Below, in pieces: positions 28,246 through 40,359 of a stretch of DNA of 64,000 nucleotides; position 1 is the stretch's first letter; each line of letters starts with the position of its first letter. The stretch is from contig NMRA01000006.1 of the NCBI GenBank assembly GCA_002633005.1, positions 976,427 to 1,040,426 of the forward strand, in the 5' to 3' direction. The notes below the pieces were generated by a model. The model made no database searches. It was not told where the DNA came from and was given only the letters and a program-made list of their open reading frames with translations. The stretch is from Phoronis australis. Taxonomy: Eukaryota; Animalia; Phoronida. A program made the translations under genes and the position numbers.

Positions 28246-28659
28246 TTAGGGGTACAAAATTTGAAAACTGCTGGGTATTCGGATGAAAGAGTTTTTAAAT
28301 TGGTCTGTCGTTAAAAAATAAGGAATCTGACGATTTTATCTAAAATTTGTTACAACATTCAAACTAAATAAGTATCACATTAGCACCCCCAAGACGTAGA
28401 CTCGCCACTATCTGTTTAAAAAGTATTTTTACGAGTGTTCGCGTTCCGTGCTTTTTTAAAAAAAATATCATCACGAAGTGAGTGATAATGTTTATGTACC
28501 ATCATGCGTACGTGTGAAGGACCCTTTGTGCGTCGTTGTCAGGGCCAACTTTAAATTTTTGAGGTGGAGGGTAAGTATTTACCAAGGGTTTCGCTCCGCA
28601 ACGAAGATTGGATCACTCCCATCAGCCCTGGTCATCAGGCCCCGAGTCAAGACTGAATT

Positions 28660-28965
28660 ACTCACGTTCCGTGTGCGTCATGAGTAAACTTTCGGCTACC
28701 GGTGTGCCCCTAGTGGCGATTTTAGTTTTTTACGTTTACCTCTGTATCTTCAAAGGTCCTCAAGAGGTTTTCGTAAAATTTGGCAAAAAAGCATCTATTA
28801 GTGAAATGACGCTGCACTCCCGTTTTCGCATGGATTCGAGGTATTTTCCGCAACTTGGTGTCCATGTTTACTGTTTTCGAGTCTTTCTTTTTGCGTCAGG
28901 CCCTCTATGAACCAATTAAAAAAAAAACCACTCTAAGGATGATTGTGAAATATACGTTCCCAATG
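28660..28965 (+). mobile_element. Fragment of the Helentron-type repeat family, opposite orientation to the copies at 45-63 kb
   Basis: GTGCCCCTAGTGGCGATTTTAGTTTTTTACGTTTACCTCTGTATCTTCAAAGGTCCTCAA is the reverse complement of ~54275-54335; homology continues through the adjacent subunit. Confidence 0.75.
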
Positions 28966-29235
28966 TAGGGAAGACGGCTGACGATTATCTTCCAACGTGG
29001 AAGTTGGGGTGGTTCCAGTAAAAACGCGACTTTTTACGAAGAATATTGTCACGTACGTGACTATAGACAAACAGGCACCCCTCTCGTGACCATAAAGTTA
29101 AACAAGGTTTCTCCGGCGAAAGACTGTAATTTAAAAAAGACCTCGTTGAATAGCTCAGTGCCAAGGAGGTCATTGGATATTTGTGATTGCACTTCAGCTA
29201 TGGCCAAACCCATCACTCATCTGATGTGCCAAATA

Positions 29236-29680
29236 CCGTATTGCCGCACCATTAGGCCCATGGACGTCTGTGTGGAACTGCTGATATATGCGAAACCATG
29301 GCGCGCACACCAATATGTGAATCATTTGAGTAAAAAAATGCCGCTAAAAAGGCATTGTTTCGGATATAGACCCATGGGCCTAAAGGCGTGGCAATACAAC
29401 ATTGCAAACCTATTTACCAAGTTTCTTGAAAATACGCCAAGAACAACTCCTAAGATGCGGAAAAAACATAAAAATTGCCATTAGGATAGCGGCACAGCAG
29501 TAGTGAGCATGGGTTCGCCTATATGTGAAGTAATGTATGGCCTATTTAAGGAACATTACCTGGGCTTAAATGTTACACATAGGCACATGCGCCAATACAA
29601 ACCACTTGGATAAACAAGACCGCGAAAAAGACATTATTTAGGATACAGGGTCACGAAACTATAAAGGGGCGGCAATACGG
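29236..29680. mobile_element. Tc1/mariner (pogo/Tigger-like) MITE
   Basis: TA|CCGTATTGCCGCACCATTA ... TAAAGGGGCGGCAATACGG|TA; imperfect ~19-bp TIRs with TA duplication. Confidence 0.7.
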
Positions 29681-29956
29681 TAATCAGAACCGCAGCTTTT
29701 CTCCATAAGATCACTATGTATCTACAACTTCACGCTTACTTCGATATTTTTTTCAGTCGGCTTTGTTCAAAAGGTTTGGCGTGAATGAAACTAAACCAAA
29801 GCGGAACAAAGGTAAAAATTTGATTCGAAGTTCAGAACGTGGTTGGGTATAGTTAACACATTGATTGTTTCAAGTTAGTACTTCCCTTCGCTTCAACGAC
29901 ATTCGTTAAAAAGGAACTGCTTCACATGTAAGTCGAAAATTCCTATTTTAATTTAG

Positions 29957-30021
29957 GTAAAACTGGACATGTGGTGTGTTCGGATTATCTTCTCAGCGAA
30001 GACCGAGAGGCCTTCCAGAAG
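29957..30021 (+). CDS. EFCAB3-like EF-hand protein, exon (G)KTGHVVCSDYLLSEDREAFQK
   Basis: Acceptor tttaatttag|, donor AAG|gtaagt. Phase 0 join to the 33400 exon gives a calmodulin-like entering helix LSEDREAFQKIY. Confidence 0.7.
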
Positions 30022-33000
30022 GTAAGTAGCCTCTTTGAAATATTTTGTACGGGATGTTTCACTCCGATCCTGGCCGGTTCCCGGTCTAAACGGTACACAG
30101 CGTGGCGGTGACTTTGCGTAGAGTCTTCAAGTCTGGCTGTACTTTCGTTTAAAGGGTGATGCACCTACTAGACACTCCATCGAGTCAATTTCCAGCCACA
30201 CCGGCAGCTATGAATGAACCGGCCCCACAAAGCCAGACCCTCCTGTGGTCTAGTTTGGAGATGAGCTTAAATTCTTACTGGATCGTTTTGTATGTCTAGC
30301 AAATTCATTTTTAAATGACCATTAAGACTTTTCAAGTTCAACGCAAGCAACTGAAGCGTAACTAAACCGCTTTTCATAGACAACTACAACAGAGTCAAGC
30401 CTTTCATCTTAAAAGCCAATGATTGAATGTCGTAGCAGAGAGCGGCAATACGAACACAAATCAGCGCCTTCTGAGGCTGGCGTGGTCGCCCTTGGGAGTG
30501 CAAAAAGCACCCAAAGGATTTTCCCAAGAGCTCATTTCACGGGCGCATCCAGGATTTTGAGTTAGAGGGGGGCAGGGCACTGGAGTAACCAGAATTTCGG
30601 CAGATGCGCTAAATTTTGGGGATGCAGGGATCTCGAATTTTGGGTTTGCGGACCTGATGACTAAAAAAAACGTAAACGGGGTTCGTTCAGGGCATATGCA
30701 TTGCTTATTCACTTTATTCACCCCCCGAGCCCCCTTGGTTGCGCGCATGTGCTAGTCAGCAATTCGTATCCGAACTCCCATATGGCATCTGGTACAATTT
30801 TAGGGTGGGCCATGGCCCCCTTGCCCCCCCCCCCTTAATCCGCCACTGCATTTTACACTCAGTCATATTGGTAAAATGAACGTTGACGCCATGTCACGCC
30901 ATCATTCAACCACAGCAAACCAGACAAATGTTTACAAGCAACACCTTAAAGATGTATTTGGATGCTCTTTGCTAATGTATAGCAGGAACTAAACGACTGA
31001 GACTATACTTTTTAGCATAATCTACGCCAAACGAAGTGCAGTTGTATTCATTGACAACTTGTAAACGTGAAAACACAAAATTCTGCAACTAGGTTACCTT
31101 TGCACTAATGACGTACCTTGCGGGCTCACATAGCACCACGTCACGATAGTTACTGGACGCGGTTCAGTGATTTGCTGCAGATAGTTTCGCCAAAAAAAAA
31201 ATAGTTCTTAAAAACATTGGGCAATTTTCAACCTACTTCGTAGTTACATTGTCTCTATATGTTGCTTTTCCAACTAATGAGGCCAAGCAATCACAGAGAT
31301 AAAGAATTAACCTGCAGGTTCCTCTTTAAATCGAAAGTTCTGCGTTAGAAAATGCATTTTTGAGATTGTTGTCGGACGCTTTGAAGAAATAAACTTAACT
31401 GCAGCTACCCGGCGGTATAAGCCATCAAAATCCCTTGTGTTTTTAAGACAAATGGTCAATTCTTGCATCACCCAAAATTGGTTGAATTCGAAGTCAGTGA
31501 TTTTACAAATTCACTTAAAGAAGTATTCTTGCCAAGAAACCTAACTCAAAATAAGTTGCCAGTAAGACGGAATTGAGCCCTGCAACAGCAGAAGGACGCT
31601 TTGCCGCTGAGCCAAATCCCCCGAGTCAAACAGCAGTAACAGTACTTCGTGGTGAAGACACCAAACTTGTTTTGAGTAAATGTCTGGAAGACAACGGCGA
31701 GAATCGTCGATTAGTAATAAAATCACAAAAACAACGGATTTTGTCGTTTAATTGTTCTGGTCAAAGCTAATAACTTGAAAAAAAGCCCATCCCACCCCAC
31801 AGCAATCCCAAAGATGCGTTTTTCGATCGCAAGCATATCCTTTTAAATACTCTGACATATATCGAAAGGGGCTTGTAGCTCCGTCAGCAGCACGTGGACT
31901 GTGACCGCGGGGATGCTGGGCTCGGGGTCTGATCCTTTTACTAGAAATCGAATTCGAAATTATTTTTAACATTTCTCGTTCAACTTTTGTGCTATATCAA
32001 GATTTATTAAAGTATCTGCATTCGGCAACTTTTACGCTAAAAGGATTTGCACGAAAGTCGACGAGAAAGCGTGCACTGATCAGCCCCAGAGTATCCAGCG
32101 AAATCCTCGGCACGTCAAAGGCTTGATGGTGCCGTCACATATTGAAGTGAGCTAGTCACTAATCATGGGCTTCAATGTGTATTGATTGAGATGATTGAGG
32201 TCGTAAAACAACGCTCCTGCTTAGTGTACGCGTCAAAGTCAAAAACGAACAAAAAGAAAGGCAAACGACATCATGGCTTTTTTTAAACGCAAAAGTAAAC
32301 ATAAGCTGTCTTCGAATTTTTAAAATAGATGCATTATAAGAGAAATTTGCGAATAGGTTTCCTTCATCAGCGCGGCTAAGCCACGCGCATTTTAATGCAC
32401 ACATCAAATTTTGTGAATCGATTAGGACGGCTTAGTCCCAGTCTGGCTTAAGCTCGCTTTTAAGCGTTATGTACCAAAACCTATTAAATGTTAGTGTAAG
32501 AATGGCCTTTTATGTTTCTTTCTGTTCGAGTACGGGTACGTGTAAGTTATGATACAGGGTGATGAGTGTATGGTACAAATTGGCACTTGAGGGATGACCT
32601 GTAGATTCGAGGTAAATATTGAGTCGAAGCTCCAGATTTCGCCATCTTTCGATTGAGCTCACAAAATTTCGAGTTCAGACTCGAACTTATAGCGTTAATG
32701 CTGGGTCCATCAAGTGCCGGCCACGGTTAGACAGTCATCCTTGCAAATGCTAGTGTACTTGAACCCAAAATAGTAGACATTTTTCTTGGATTCGCACAAA
32801 AATGTAATGTACTGGTAAATATCAAAAATAATTTCTAGTACGATTTTGAGTACAAAGAATGGACCCGAGGCACAGAGTCCCTTCCGAACTCATCTTAGAA
32901 AATCAGTTCTCTCTCCCACGATATCCCTTTAACTTGAGCGACGCATTCATTAATCAACTTATCATCAGCCGTCGAAATTTACATTATACATGTAGGTTAC

Positions 33001-33399
33001 CAAAATGAATATTCTAATGTGAAAATATCAGGAAAAAACGCATTTTAGACCTCGTGTCGCATAAACTAAAAGTAAAATATACGCACGCAATTAATCCTTG
33101 CGCGACTATGTGATGCAGCGGTGGATTCCCGAATTTTACGCATGCGCACGATATATTCAAGTGTCTTCTCATTTTCATAACATATGAATAAAGCCATGGA
33201 CTGCTACAAGTGTACAGTAAAACCAAAAGAAAATGAAACGGGTTTTAATAGAGAATGGAATTTACGAAAATGGATTGGAAACTGCTCATTTATCTTACTT
33301 GTTTAAACAAACAAAGTAAAACGAAATAGTACCAAATTGTATCAAATTCAACCATCTGTCTTTACGCTATATATACATTTGTGAAAACTAACGTTTCAG

Positions 33400-33601
33400 A
33401 TATACAAGCATCTGACCAAAACGTTAGCAAAGGACGTTGACTTAGAACTTCTTCGAGAAAACCTGTCAGTAATTGATCCAAATGTGAAGCACAAAGACGT
33501 GGTGAAATTCGTGGCCTTGTGCTCTCTGGACGAGCATAACAAGATTCCTTTTGCTGACTTAATGTTAAAATGTGCGCGCGTGGACCACGATTCCCTTCAA
33601 C
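33400..33601 (+). CDS. EFCAB3-like EF-hand protein, EF-hand pair exon
   Basis: Branch point and acceptor ctaacgtttcag|, donor C|gtaagt. Open for 67 codons: IYKHLTKTLAKDVDLELLRENLSVIDPNVKHKDVVKFVALCSLDEHNKIPFADLMLKCARVDHDSLQ, with the spacing of a two-EF-hand lobe. Confidence 0.8.
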
Positions 33602-34676
33602 GTAAGTAATTCAGGTGATGTAGTTAGTCAATAAAATTTATATACGACAAACAAAAACAGTAATTAACGAAACCAACAGTCTAGCGTGTTCTGGTACTTT
33701 GCTCCAGGCAAGTCCGCACCAAAGAGCACATAACCCGACAATATCGATTTTAAGTACAACGCTAATGTTTCAACCATAAATTTATTCAATGCTCATAAAT
33801 CTGTGACAACTATAACCGAAGCGTCTAACTAGGTGAATAGCGATGCAAAGTGCGTAATCAATTTAAGGTTTCCTTAAAATCAGATTGTATTTGTGAAAAA
33901 GACACAAAGACACAGAATAAAACGAAAGATAATATTTTTTACTCACTTCTCCACATCTGCGGAGTAAGCTGTTCGTTTACACTGCGATGGACTTGAAGAC
34001 AGTTGAGCAGTCTGCTGTGTCGGCATAGTTGATGCAGGCACAGTTTTCAGTATATTTGCCATATCGAAACGGTTTCAAATTAAAAACATTTATTTCACAA
34101 TATGTTTCTCGATCAGAACAACAGCAAGACGTTGAGTTTGGATACAAAGCCTTTTCAATAAGTTGGTTTTGCTATAATTTGCAAGATCACTCAAGTTATT
34201 TCAGTTAATAATTAAATGCAAACTGGAGTGTGGTAGACCACTTTTACTTGCTCTGCCATCTGCCTGCAAGAAGCTGAATCTGTACAGAGCGGGAATGCAA
34301 GACAGCTTCAGTCAACCCCACGGAGTGAACGAAAGAAAGTCGCGGGCTGACATAAAGCTACAATGTAGGATTCGCCAGGTTCCCTTTCCCATAGCAAACA
34401 ATGGCACCCTTCTTTTTCGAAAAATGGGTGCAGACCTGGACATCTGCTCCATGGATTTGGTGTCTCCTTACAGGTCTGGGACTGGTGTTCTGGTCGTATC
34501 TGGAATTTTGAAACAAAGTCATGGAATCGTTTCAACCCCTAGATATCTAACGGTCAAAACTGTTCATCAGTGGCAGTTCAATTTGATTTTTGAGGTTGTT
34601 CGATCACATGCCATATGATCAAGCGACAAAACTAGCAAGTGTGAAATTAATTCAACAAGGATGGTTGTCCTTCCAG

Positions 34677-35047
34677 GTATCGTCGCTCGAGCATCTCTCG
34701 GTCTTAGTCCAAAACAGAAACGGCAATTTTACCTCAAGGCATTTGATGAGTTGCAACGAAAATATATCAAAGCCATTTTGGAAATGCATTCGAAGGGTAG
34801 ACCTGGACGACAAAGGGAAACGGTATTTGACCCCTCCTCTTGTGGAAAACCAGATGTGCTAAGCGACATGATCAAAGGGGAATGTTCGCGGCTGGTGAGA
34901 CATGAGGAACAATTCAAACTATTGCATTCCAAGTTATTGTTGGAATCATTAGTGGACGCCACCTCTACGTCGCCGTACGCCGTACCGCTGCCCTACGTAG
35001 GAAGTGATAGGGCAGCACTGAGCGAGACCAAGTATCCTCACATCAAG
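34677..35047 (+). CDS. EFCAB3-like protein, central exon
   Basis: Acceptor gtccttccag|GT is phase 1, matching the previous exon. Reads RIVARASLGLSPKQKRQFYLKAFDELQRKY...TSPYAVPLPYV...PHIK|gtatcc; SPY-x-x-P recalls EFCAB3 DSPYSKIP (from memory). Confidence 0.7.
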
Positions 35048-35380
35048 GTATCCCTTACAAAATGAAATTAACTTCTTTCTCAAAACTTAAGCTTACTAAA
35101 TTTGTAACGAAACAATTCGTTTTCCGAAGTTGTGAGCTGAAACGATGTCAGGGAATACCTGAACTATTGTACCAGGCTGGTCGTTTTATGCACTCGAGCG
35201 ATATCCCCAAAAATAAATAGTCCGTTCTCGAAAACCTTAAATTTTGATCACAGGAAAACCTCATGTTTTGCTAAAAACATGATTTTTTTCTGAAAACTTA
35301 ACTTTTAAAAATTTAGGTTTTTAAGAAGAAACTTAAGTTTTTAAACCAATTTTCGTAAACGAATTATTTCGGTTGTTCAG

Positions 35381-35558
35381 GCAAGCAATACGACACCAAT
35401 TCAGGCACATGAAAAAGGTAATTCAAAATTCTATAGCAAAGGAAATTGATTATTGGGAAACGGACAGCTATTTCACGGTCGATCAGTACACACATGTAAA
35501 TGGATTTTCCTGTCGTGTCCATTTTAGCAAATGGCTGGCGTTTCCAAGAAAGGAAAAG
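35381..35558 (+). CDS. Probable internal exon of the EFCAB3-like gene (frame and donor uncertain)
   Basis: Acceptor ttgttcag|. Donors G|gtaatt after 35417 (phase 0 to 1, completes the chain to 39383) or AAG|gtaatt after 35558 (other frame, QAIRHQF...PRKEK). Confidence 0.45.
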
Positions 35559-35974
35559 GTAATTAACACATTGTGTTTCTAATATAGATATTACCAGTAA
35601 GTAAGCCTTTTTTAAAAACATGAGCAAAAATTAAATATTGATGGTCGATGTCCGTGAGCTTTTATTTTAGCAGTTAATAAGGCGCATAAAATATTGGGGA
35701 ACATAAACTTTAAACTGTTTCATCGAACAAAAGCTGGTTGATCTTACGAACATTTTTGTCATATTTAGTGAATTATCATGTTTTCATTACTATTATCAAA
35801 TCCAATTTTGAACTGTTCGTCATTAGCACTTGATTTAAACGAAAGCGTTATTGTTCACTAATAAGAAACCTCATGGCAAAACGGAGCTACAGAACAAACC
35901 GGCAATGGGCAATTCAGAATTCTCACGTGAACCAAGAGCTCATCATTCACAATGATTATTTGCAAGTTCTTACG

Positions 35975-37095
35975 GCCCCCTGGTTCCTTGCGTGTCCGCT
36001 AAGGGGTGGACGCAGCTATCATTTAATTCTCCTCGGGAATTTTTTTACACCGGCGATTCTGATTGGCTGGTCGAATTCTCAAGAGATAGCGCTTTACGTA
36101 TACAAACTGGCATGACTGACGGAGGAAGTGTAAAATGTGGATATAGTAGTTTTTGGTTTGTTGTACAGACAGATCGCTGCTTAATTTATGTTCAAGAAAT
36201 GTGAATCAGAAAAGTGTGGTTGTGCGTTTTCGGAGTGCATCTTCTACTGTCGCTGACTTTTGTTTAGTGCTGTAGTGGGGCATAGGCGCACCTAGGCGCA
36301 GCCAACCACCTTTGTGCCTTTCAATGTAGCGTGTACCCACCGTAAGTGACATTATAGTGGGGCGTAAGCGCACGTAGTTGCAGCCTTTTTACATTTTATC
36401 GTAGCAACACCACGTCTACGCGCCGTAAGTGACGGTATATAGTGGGGCGTAGTCTCGACAGGACGCTTACGACATCAATGCACTACGCAGACGACAGCAT
36501 TGTTGTCGAACATTTCGGCGCGCGCGACCACCATGCATATGCGAGTAATGGAATTTTTATTAATATTTCAAGTTAAAGAAACATTTATGGTGTCACACCC
36601 TAGGTGGATAAAGGGGGTGGCCAAGGCCCCCGAGGACTAAAAGTCGCCGCCAGCATATCGTTCATGGGCGTTACACTCCTATTTTCCTTTATAATTGTGC
36701 ATGGGCCCTCTTCAGAGACCGCTTGGAATGCACGCAGACCTTTGCCTTCAAATATGTGTGGTTGGACCCTCTTTCTCCGATATCCAAGATCCGCCACTGC
36801 AGACACTATGTAAATACCCACTCGTGAGTCAAAAAATAGGCCTACGTATTTGTGAGTCAGGTTTTTTGAGTTCAATGGACTTTTCAAATTCAGTGCTCAC
36901 GGCGATACGATGGGCTTTAGGCGCCTACTTACTTCTAATTTTACCACTACGACACTGCTTTTGTTTACGTTGCCGTCCTGTATTCACACAGTAGGCACAT
37001 TTGTGAATAACGCACAGGTTAAATCGGCCAGATATGTGTTTATTGTACATGTATATGCTTCAAGCACGCGGCTATTAAACATTACTGCAGATTGA
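35975..37095 (+). repeat. Dispersed repeat (second copy ~45035-45435); this copy is interrupted by ~36265-37000 insertions
   Basis: 36020-36265 matches 45088-45325 (TTCTGATTGGCT.GT.GAATTCTCAA...TTTTCGGAGTGCAT.CTTCTACTGTCG). 37020-37082 matches 45368-45432. Confidence 0.75.
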
Positions 37096-37742
37096 AAGGA
37101 TTTTTTGGTGTCACACCACTGGCAAGGCCAAAGATCGTTCATAGTACGCTTTTTACTTTCTTTGTTTAAAGCTAACCAATAACTAACGGGGTTACATCAA
37201 CCAGTGATAAGCATGTTACTTAATTTTCCCTGCGTATTCTCTACCAGCTAGTGGACACTACGCAGGGAACCAGAGAGGTTCTTGAGGCTCAGCAGAAACC
37301 AACAACAGGCCATGGCCGTGGGCAACAGAAAGCATGATTGTAAAACCACTTCTGTAATCATTTAGTGGGAGAGGAGACAGTTTTGTTCTTTTTGATATTG
37401 CAAACCATTGTATTTCATGAAAGCAAAAAGTTCTAATGATTAAATTTGTATATTTCCATGAAATTAACCTTCAAATTTTGTTAAACCTGCAAATTGGACA
37501 TAGGATAGATAGTAGAACCTATTTAAGCAATGGAATCAAGTGTCAAGATTGGTTGCAATACTTACTAGACTTTGTTTCAAAGGGAAATGTATTCTTTAAA
37601 AAATAATTGACTGCCAGGCCAATATTAAGTGGAAAAGGAACTCTGCCCTAAATCGTCACCTCTTAAACTTCCCATCCCCAAACAGGATAACAAAGATGCC
37701 CCCCCTCCTCCCTTTAATTTAATTTAATTTGGTATGAATCAG

Positions 37743-37993
37743 GGGCCCGTTCCAACAAAACTGACTTAGCTAAGACAAATCTTAATTTTTTGTAAATTTT
37801 AAAATAAAAGTTAAATTTATCTCAAAGCCAATTCAAAAAAGAGATCTTAAATTTGACTTAAGTGTGTGACATAAGTTTTGTCCTAATTTCGACTTACTTA
37901 CCGAATGTGGAAGTGTCAAAGTTTGGAAGTTAAGACAAATCTTAAACTTAAGTAAAAAATGAGCTTTAAAAGTCAGTTTCGTGGAACAGGCCC
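37743..37993. mobile_element. PIF/Harbinger-like MITE
   Basis: CAG|GGGCCCGTTCCAACAAAACTGACTT ... AAGTCAGTTTCGTGGAACAGGCCC|CAG; 3-bp CAG TSD; internal TAAGACAAATCTTAA repeats. Confidence 0.8.
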
Positions 37994-38917
37994 CAGGTCC
38001 ACGAGTCTACGTGCTGAAAACGACACTCTTCCGGGGATAAATTGAGATGAATGGCAACCTGGGGACACTTTTCAACGGGGGCAGGATCAGCAAACGCAAA
38101 ACTGAAATGAGCTTTGATCTGGGGACTCTTTCTAGCAATGAACGGGGTGGAATGGCACGACCACTTTCTCCCAGTTCCCGCGCAGTATTATTAGTAATAG
38201 GCGACGGAAAATTCCCTCTCAGACAGTTGTTTCACATTTCGGCTTTTAGCTAAGGCGACGGAGTCATAGAACTTACCGGTAGGTCTACATGAGACTGAAA
38301 AGGACACCACTGTGAAGTTGTCTCCCAACCTGGAATGAGCGCCACTGTTAAATATTCGGCATGATGCACCATTTTCTGTCTTACGGGTAGATGCCTTTGT
38401 TTAAAAAACACAAACAACAAATGTGTTCAGAATACATGTTTATTTGCGATCATAAAAGTTTCGCTGCAGCATTTAGTAGTCGACTAACAAAAAACGCCTG
38501 ACCTTCCTGTATAACGAAAACCTTGAATGACACCCAAATTCCACCAGTTAGCACCGAGCCGAGGAGGTTTCGGAAAGATGGAAATGCGGCACCCTAGTGG
38601 GTGAGGAGAATGCAGGTAATGGGAAATGCCGCTATAGGCGAGAAAAAAGGGTAACATGACACTTCTGAATAAAATTAACATAGTAATTGCCTTTGAACTC
38701 AAAACTACAGTTAAAATGAATTTTTGCTACGTTAATGAAAACATTTCGCAAGTTGAGCAATTTTGTAAATTGCAGGATTAAATTTACCTTTCTAGAAGTG
38801 TGTCTTCATAAGTTGACAGAGTGCAAAATTGATTAAATACATGGCACTTGTCGTTATTAACAGCCTTTATTCCGTTCCGTACGTATCCTCGCAACAAAGT
38901 TCGACATTCAACAGAAC

Positions 38918-38995
38918 ATTGGTGAAGCAACTGGCCAAGGGACATGATTAAAATCATGATTAAAATCGTGTCTCTTGGCCAGTTGCTTCACCAAT
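38918..38995. repeat. 78-bp near-perfect palindrome
   Basis: ATTGGTGAAGCAACTGGCCAAGGGACATGATT / AATCGTGTCTCTTGGCCAGTTGCTTCACCAAT, 2 mismatches in 32 bp. Confidence 0.95.
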
Positions 38996-39382
38996 TCCAA
39001 AGTGTACTTGTCATTTCCGTAACAACAAAAATATCGAGATTTCCGCCATACGCTCAATTTCTTACTCTAGTCGATTCTACAATTTTTGTCCTCAAGATGT
39101 CTCTCTCTCCCAGTCCGTCAGTGGAGTTTAGCGGACATGAATTCACCAGTAGTGAGAACTGAGTAATCTCCCTATAACAATCCAAATTTGACAAGACTGT
39201 ATGCAAATTGCTTTGGCTTCGTGACTTCGTTTAAAACTACTTGTTTTTCAAAAGATTGTCCAACGCCGATCGACAATGTCCACTATCAGACCGCTGATTC
39301 GAAATTTTTCTTATGGCGTCTTGGGAACGTGTGTACTTTTGGCATTCTTATTAAACATCCAACTTAACCTTACCTTTTGAAG

Positions 39383-39495
39383 GAACTCTAAAAAAAATGT
39401 CAGCCGGTAATGTCTACAACGCTGTGAAAGCTGACAGGTGCATGATAGAATTAAAAGGACTGACATCAAAGGGATACGTCAAACAACGTGAAGAG
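39383..39495 (+). CDS. EFCAB3-like protein, penultimate exon
   Basis: cttaaccttaccttttgaag| acceptor, GAG|gtaagc donor; (G)TLKKMSAGNVYNAVKADRCMIELKGLTSKGYVKQREE; phase 0 to the next exon. Confidence 0.65.
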
Positions 39496-39605
39496 GTAAG
39501 CCTGGAAGAACTAGTTTTAGAGTTGGCCAATTAGTTATCAAAATGTGTCTTCGTCCGAATTCTACGAGACATGCGTATTTGTTGTTCTAATATAGCTGAC
39601 TACAG

Positions 39606-40028
39606 ATCAAGTTTGAATCTAATACTGGAATAAAAACTTACAAAAAATTAGCGACGTTGCGTCCGCATCTCACGGACTTCAGCTTGGCTTGTGACGTTAT
39701 CATTATTTTGGCCAATTGGTGGCGTTTTGGTCAGACGTCGCGGCATTCACGTCAGAACACCATCCCATACGTGTGACAAATCGAATCTTAAACCGCCTCT
39801 TTTATTTGAAGAGGGACTCACATGCCCTTTAAATAAAAAGGCGGTTTAAGATTCGATTTGTCACACGTATGGGATGGTGTTCTGACGTGAATGCCGTCTG
39901 GTCAAAACGCCACCAATTGGCCAAAATTTTGACGGTAACGTCACAAGCCAAGCTGAAGTGCCTGAGATGCGGACGCAACGTCGCTAATTTTTGTAAGTTT
40001 TGATTCCAGTATTAGACTCAAACTTGAT
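39606..40028. repeat. ~420-bp fold-back palindrome (two ~205-bp arms, ~9-nt loop)
   Basis: ATCAAGTTTGAATCTAATACTGGAAT...TCGAATCTTAAACCGCC is mirrored by GGCGGTTTAAGATTCGA...ATTCCAGTATTAGACTCAAACTTGAT; centre GGG-ACTCACATG-CCC. Confidence 0.95.
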
Positions 40029-40098
40029 TCCTTTTTCTCAACTGGATGTCTCAAAATTTTCATGCTTTTATAATTAATTGCTGTTTGCAAAATTTCAG

Positions 40099-40359
40099 TT
40101 TCAACGCAAATTACACGAAGCGTATCAGAAAGTTAAGGAATTTCGACTGGGGATATCGAAAAAGATTCGCGAAGGAATCAAGTACGAAGGTATGCCACCG
40201 CGACTTCGGAAACGATTCCAAGAGAACACGGTGCCTGCTTATTTACCATCACGTGAGGGCGAGATATTCGTTATCAACCCGTGGGACCCTAAACAACGGT
40301 GTCAGGTACTTTCAGGAAAACGTTCAGAGGTGCAACGTTCTAACAAACCATTCAGGTGA
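40099..40359 (+). CDS. EFCAB3-like protein, last exon
   Basis: aatttcag|TTT phase 0; FQRKLHEAYQKVKEFRLGISKKIREGIKYEGMPPRLRKRFQENTVPAYLP...FVINPW...stop 40357-40359; AATAAA ~35 nt downstream. Confidence 0.65.
   Translation, partial: FQRKLHEAYQKVKEFRLGISKKIREGIKYEGMPPRLRKRFQENTVPAYLPSREGEIFVINPWDPKQRCQVLSGKRSEVQRSNKPFR

Noticed and set aside
37248-37320. Additional EFCAB3-like exon (LVDTTQGTREVLEAQQKPTTGHG)
   Set aside because: Good acceptor but weak donor, and it fits only one of two alternative phase chains; not supportable without RNA data.
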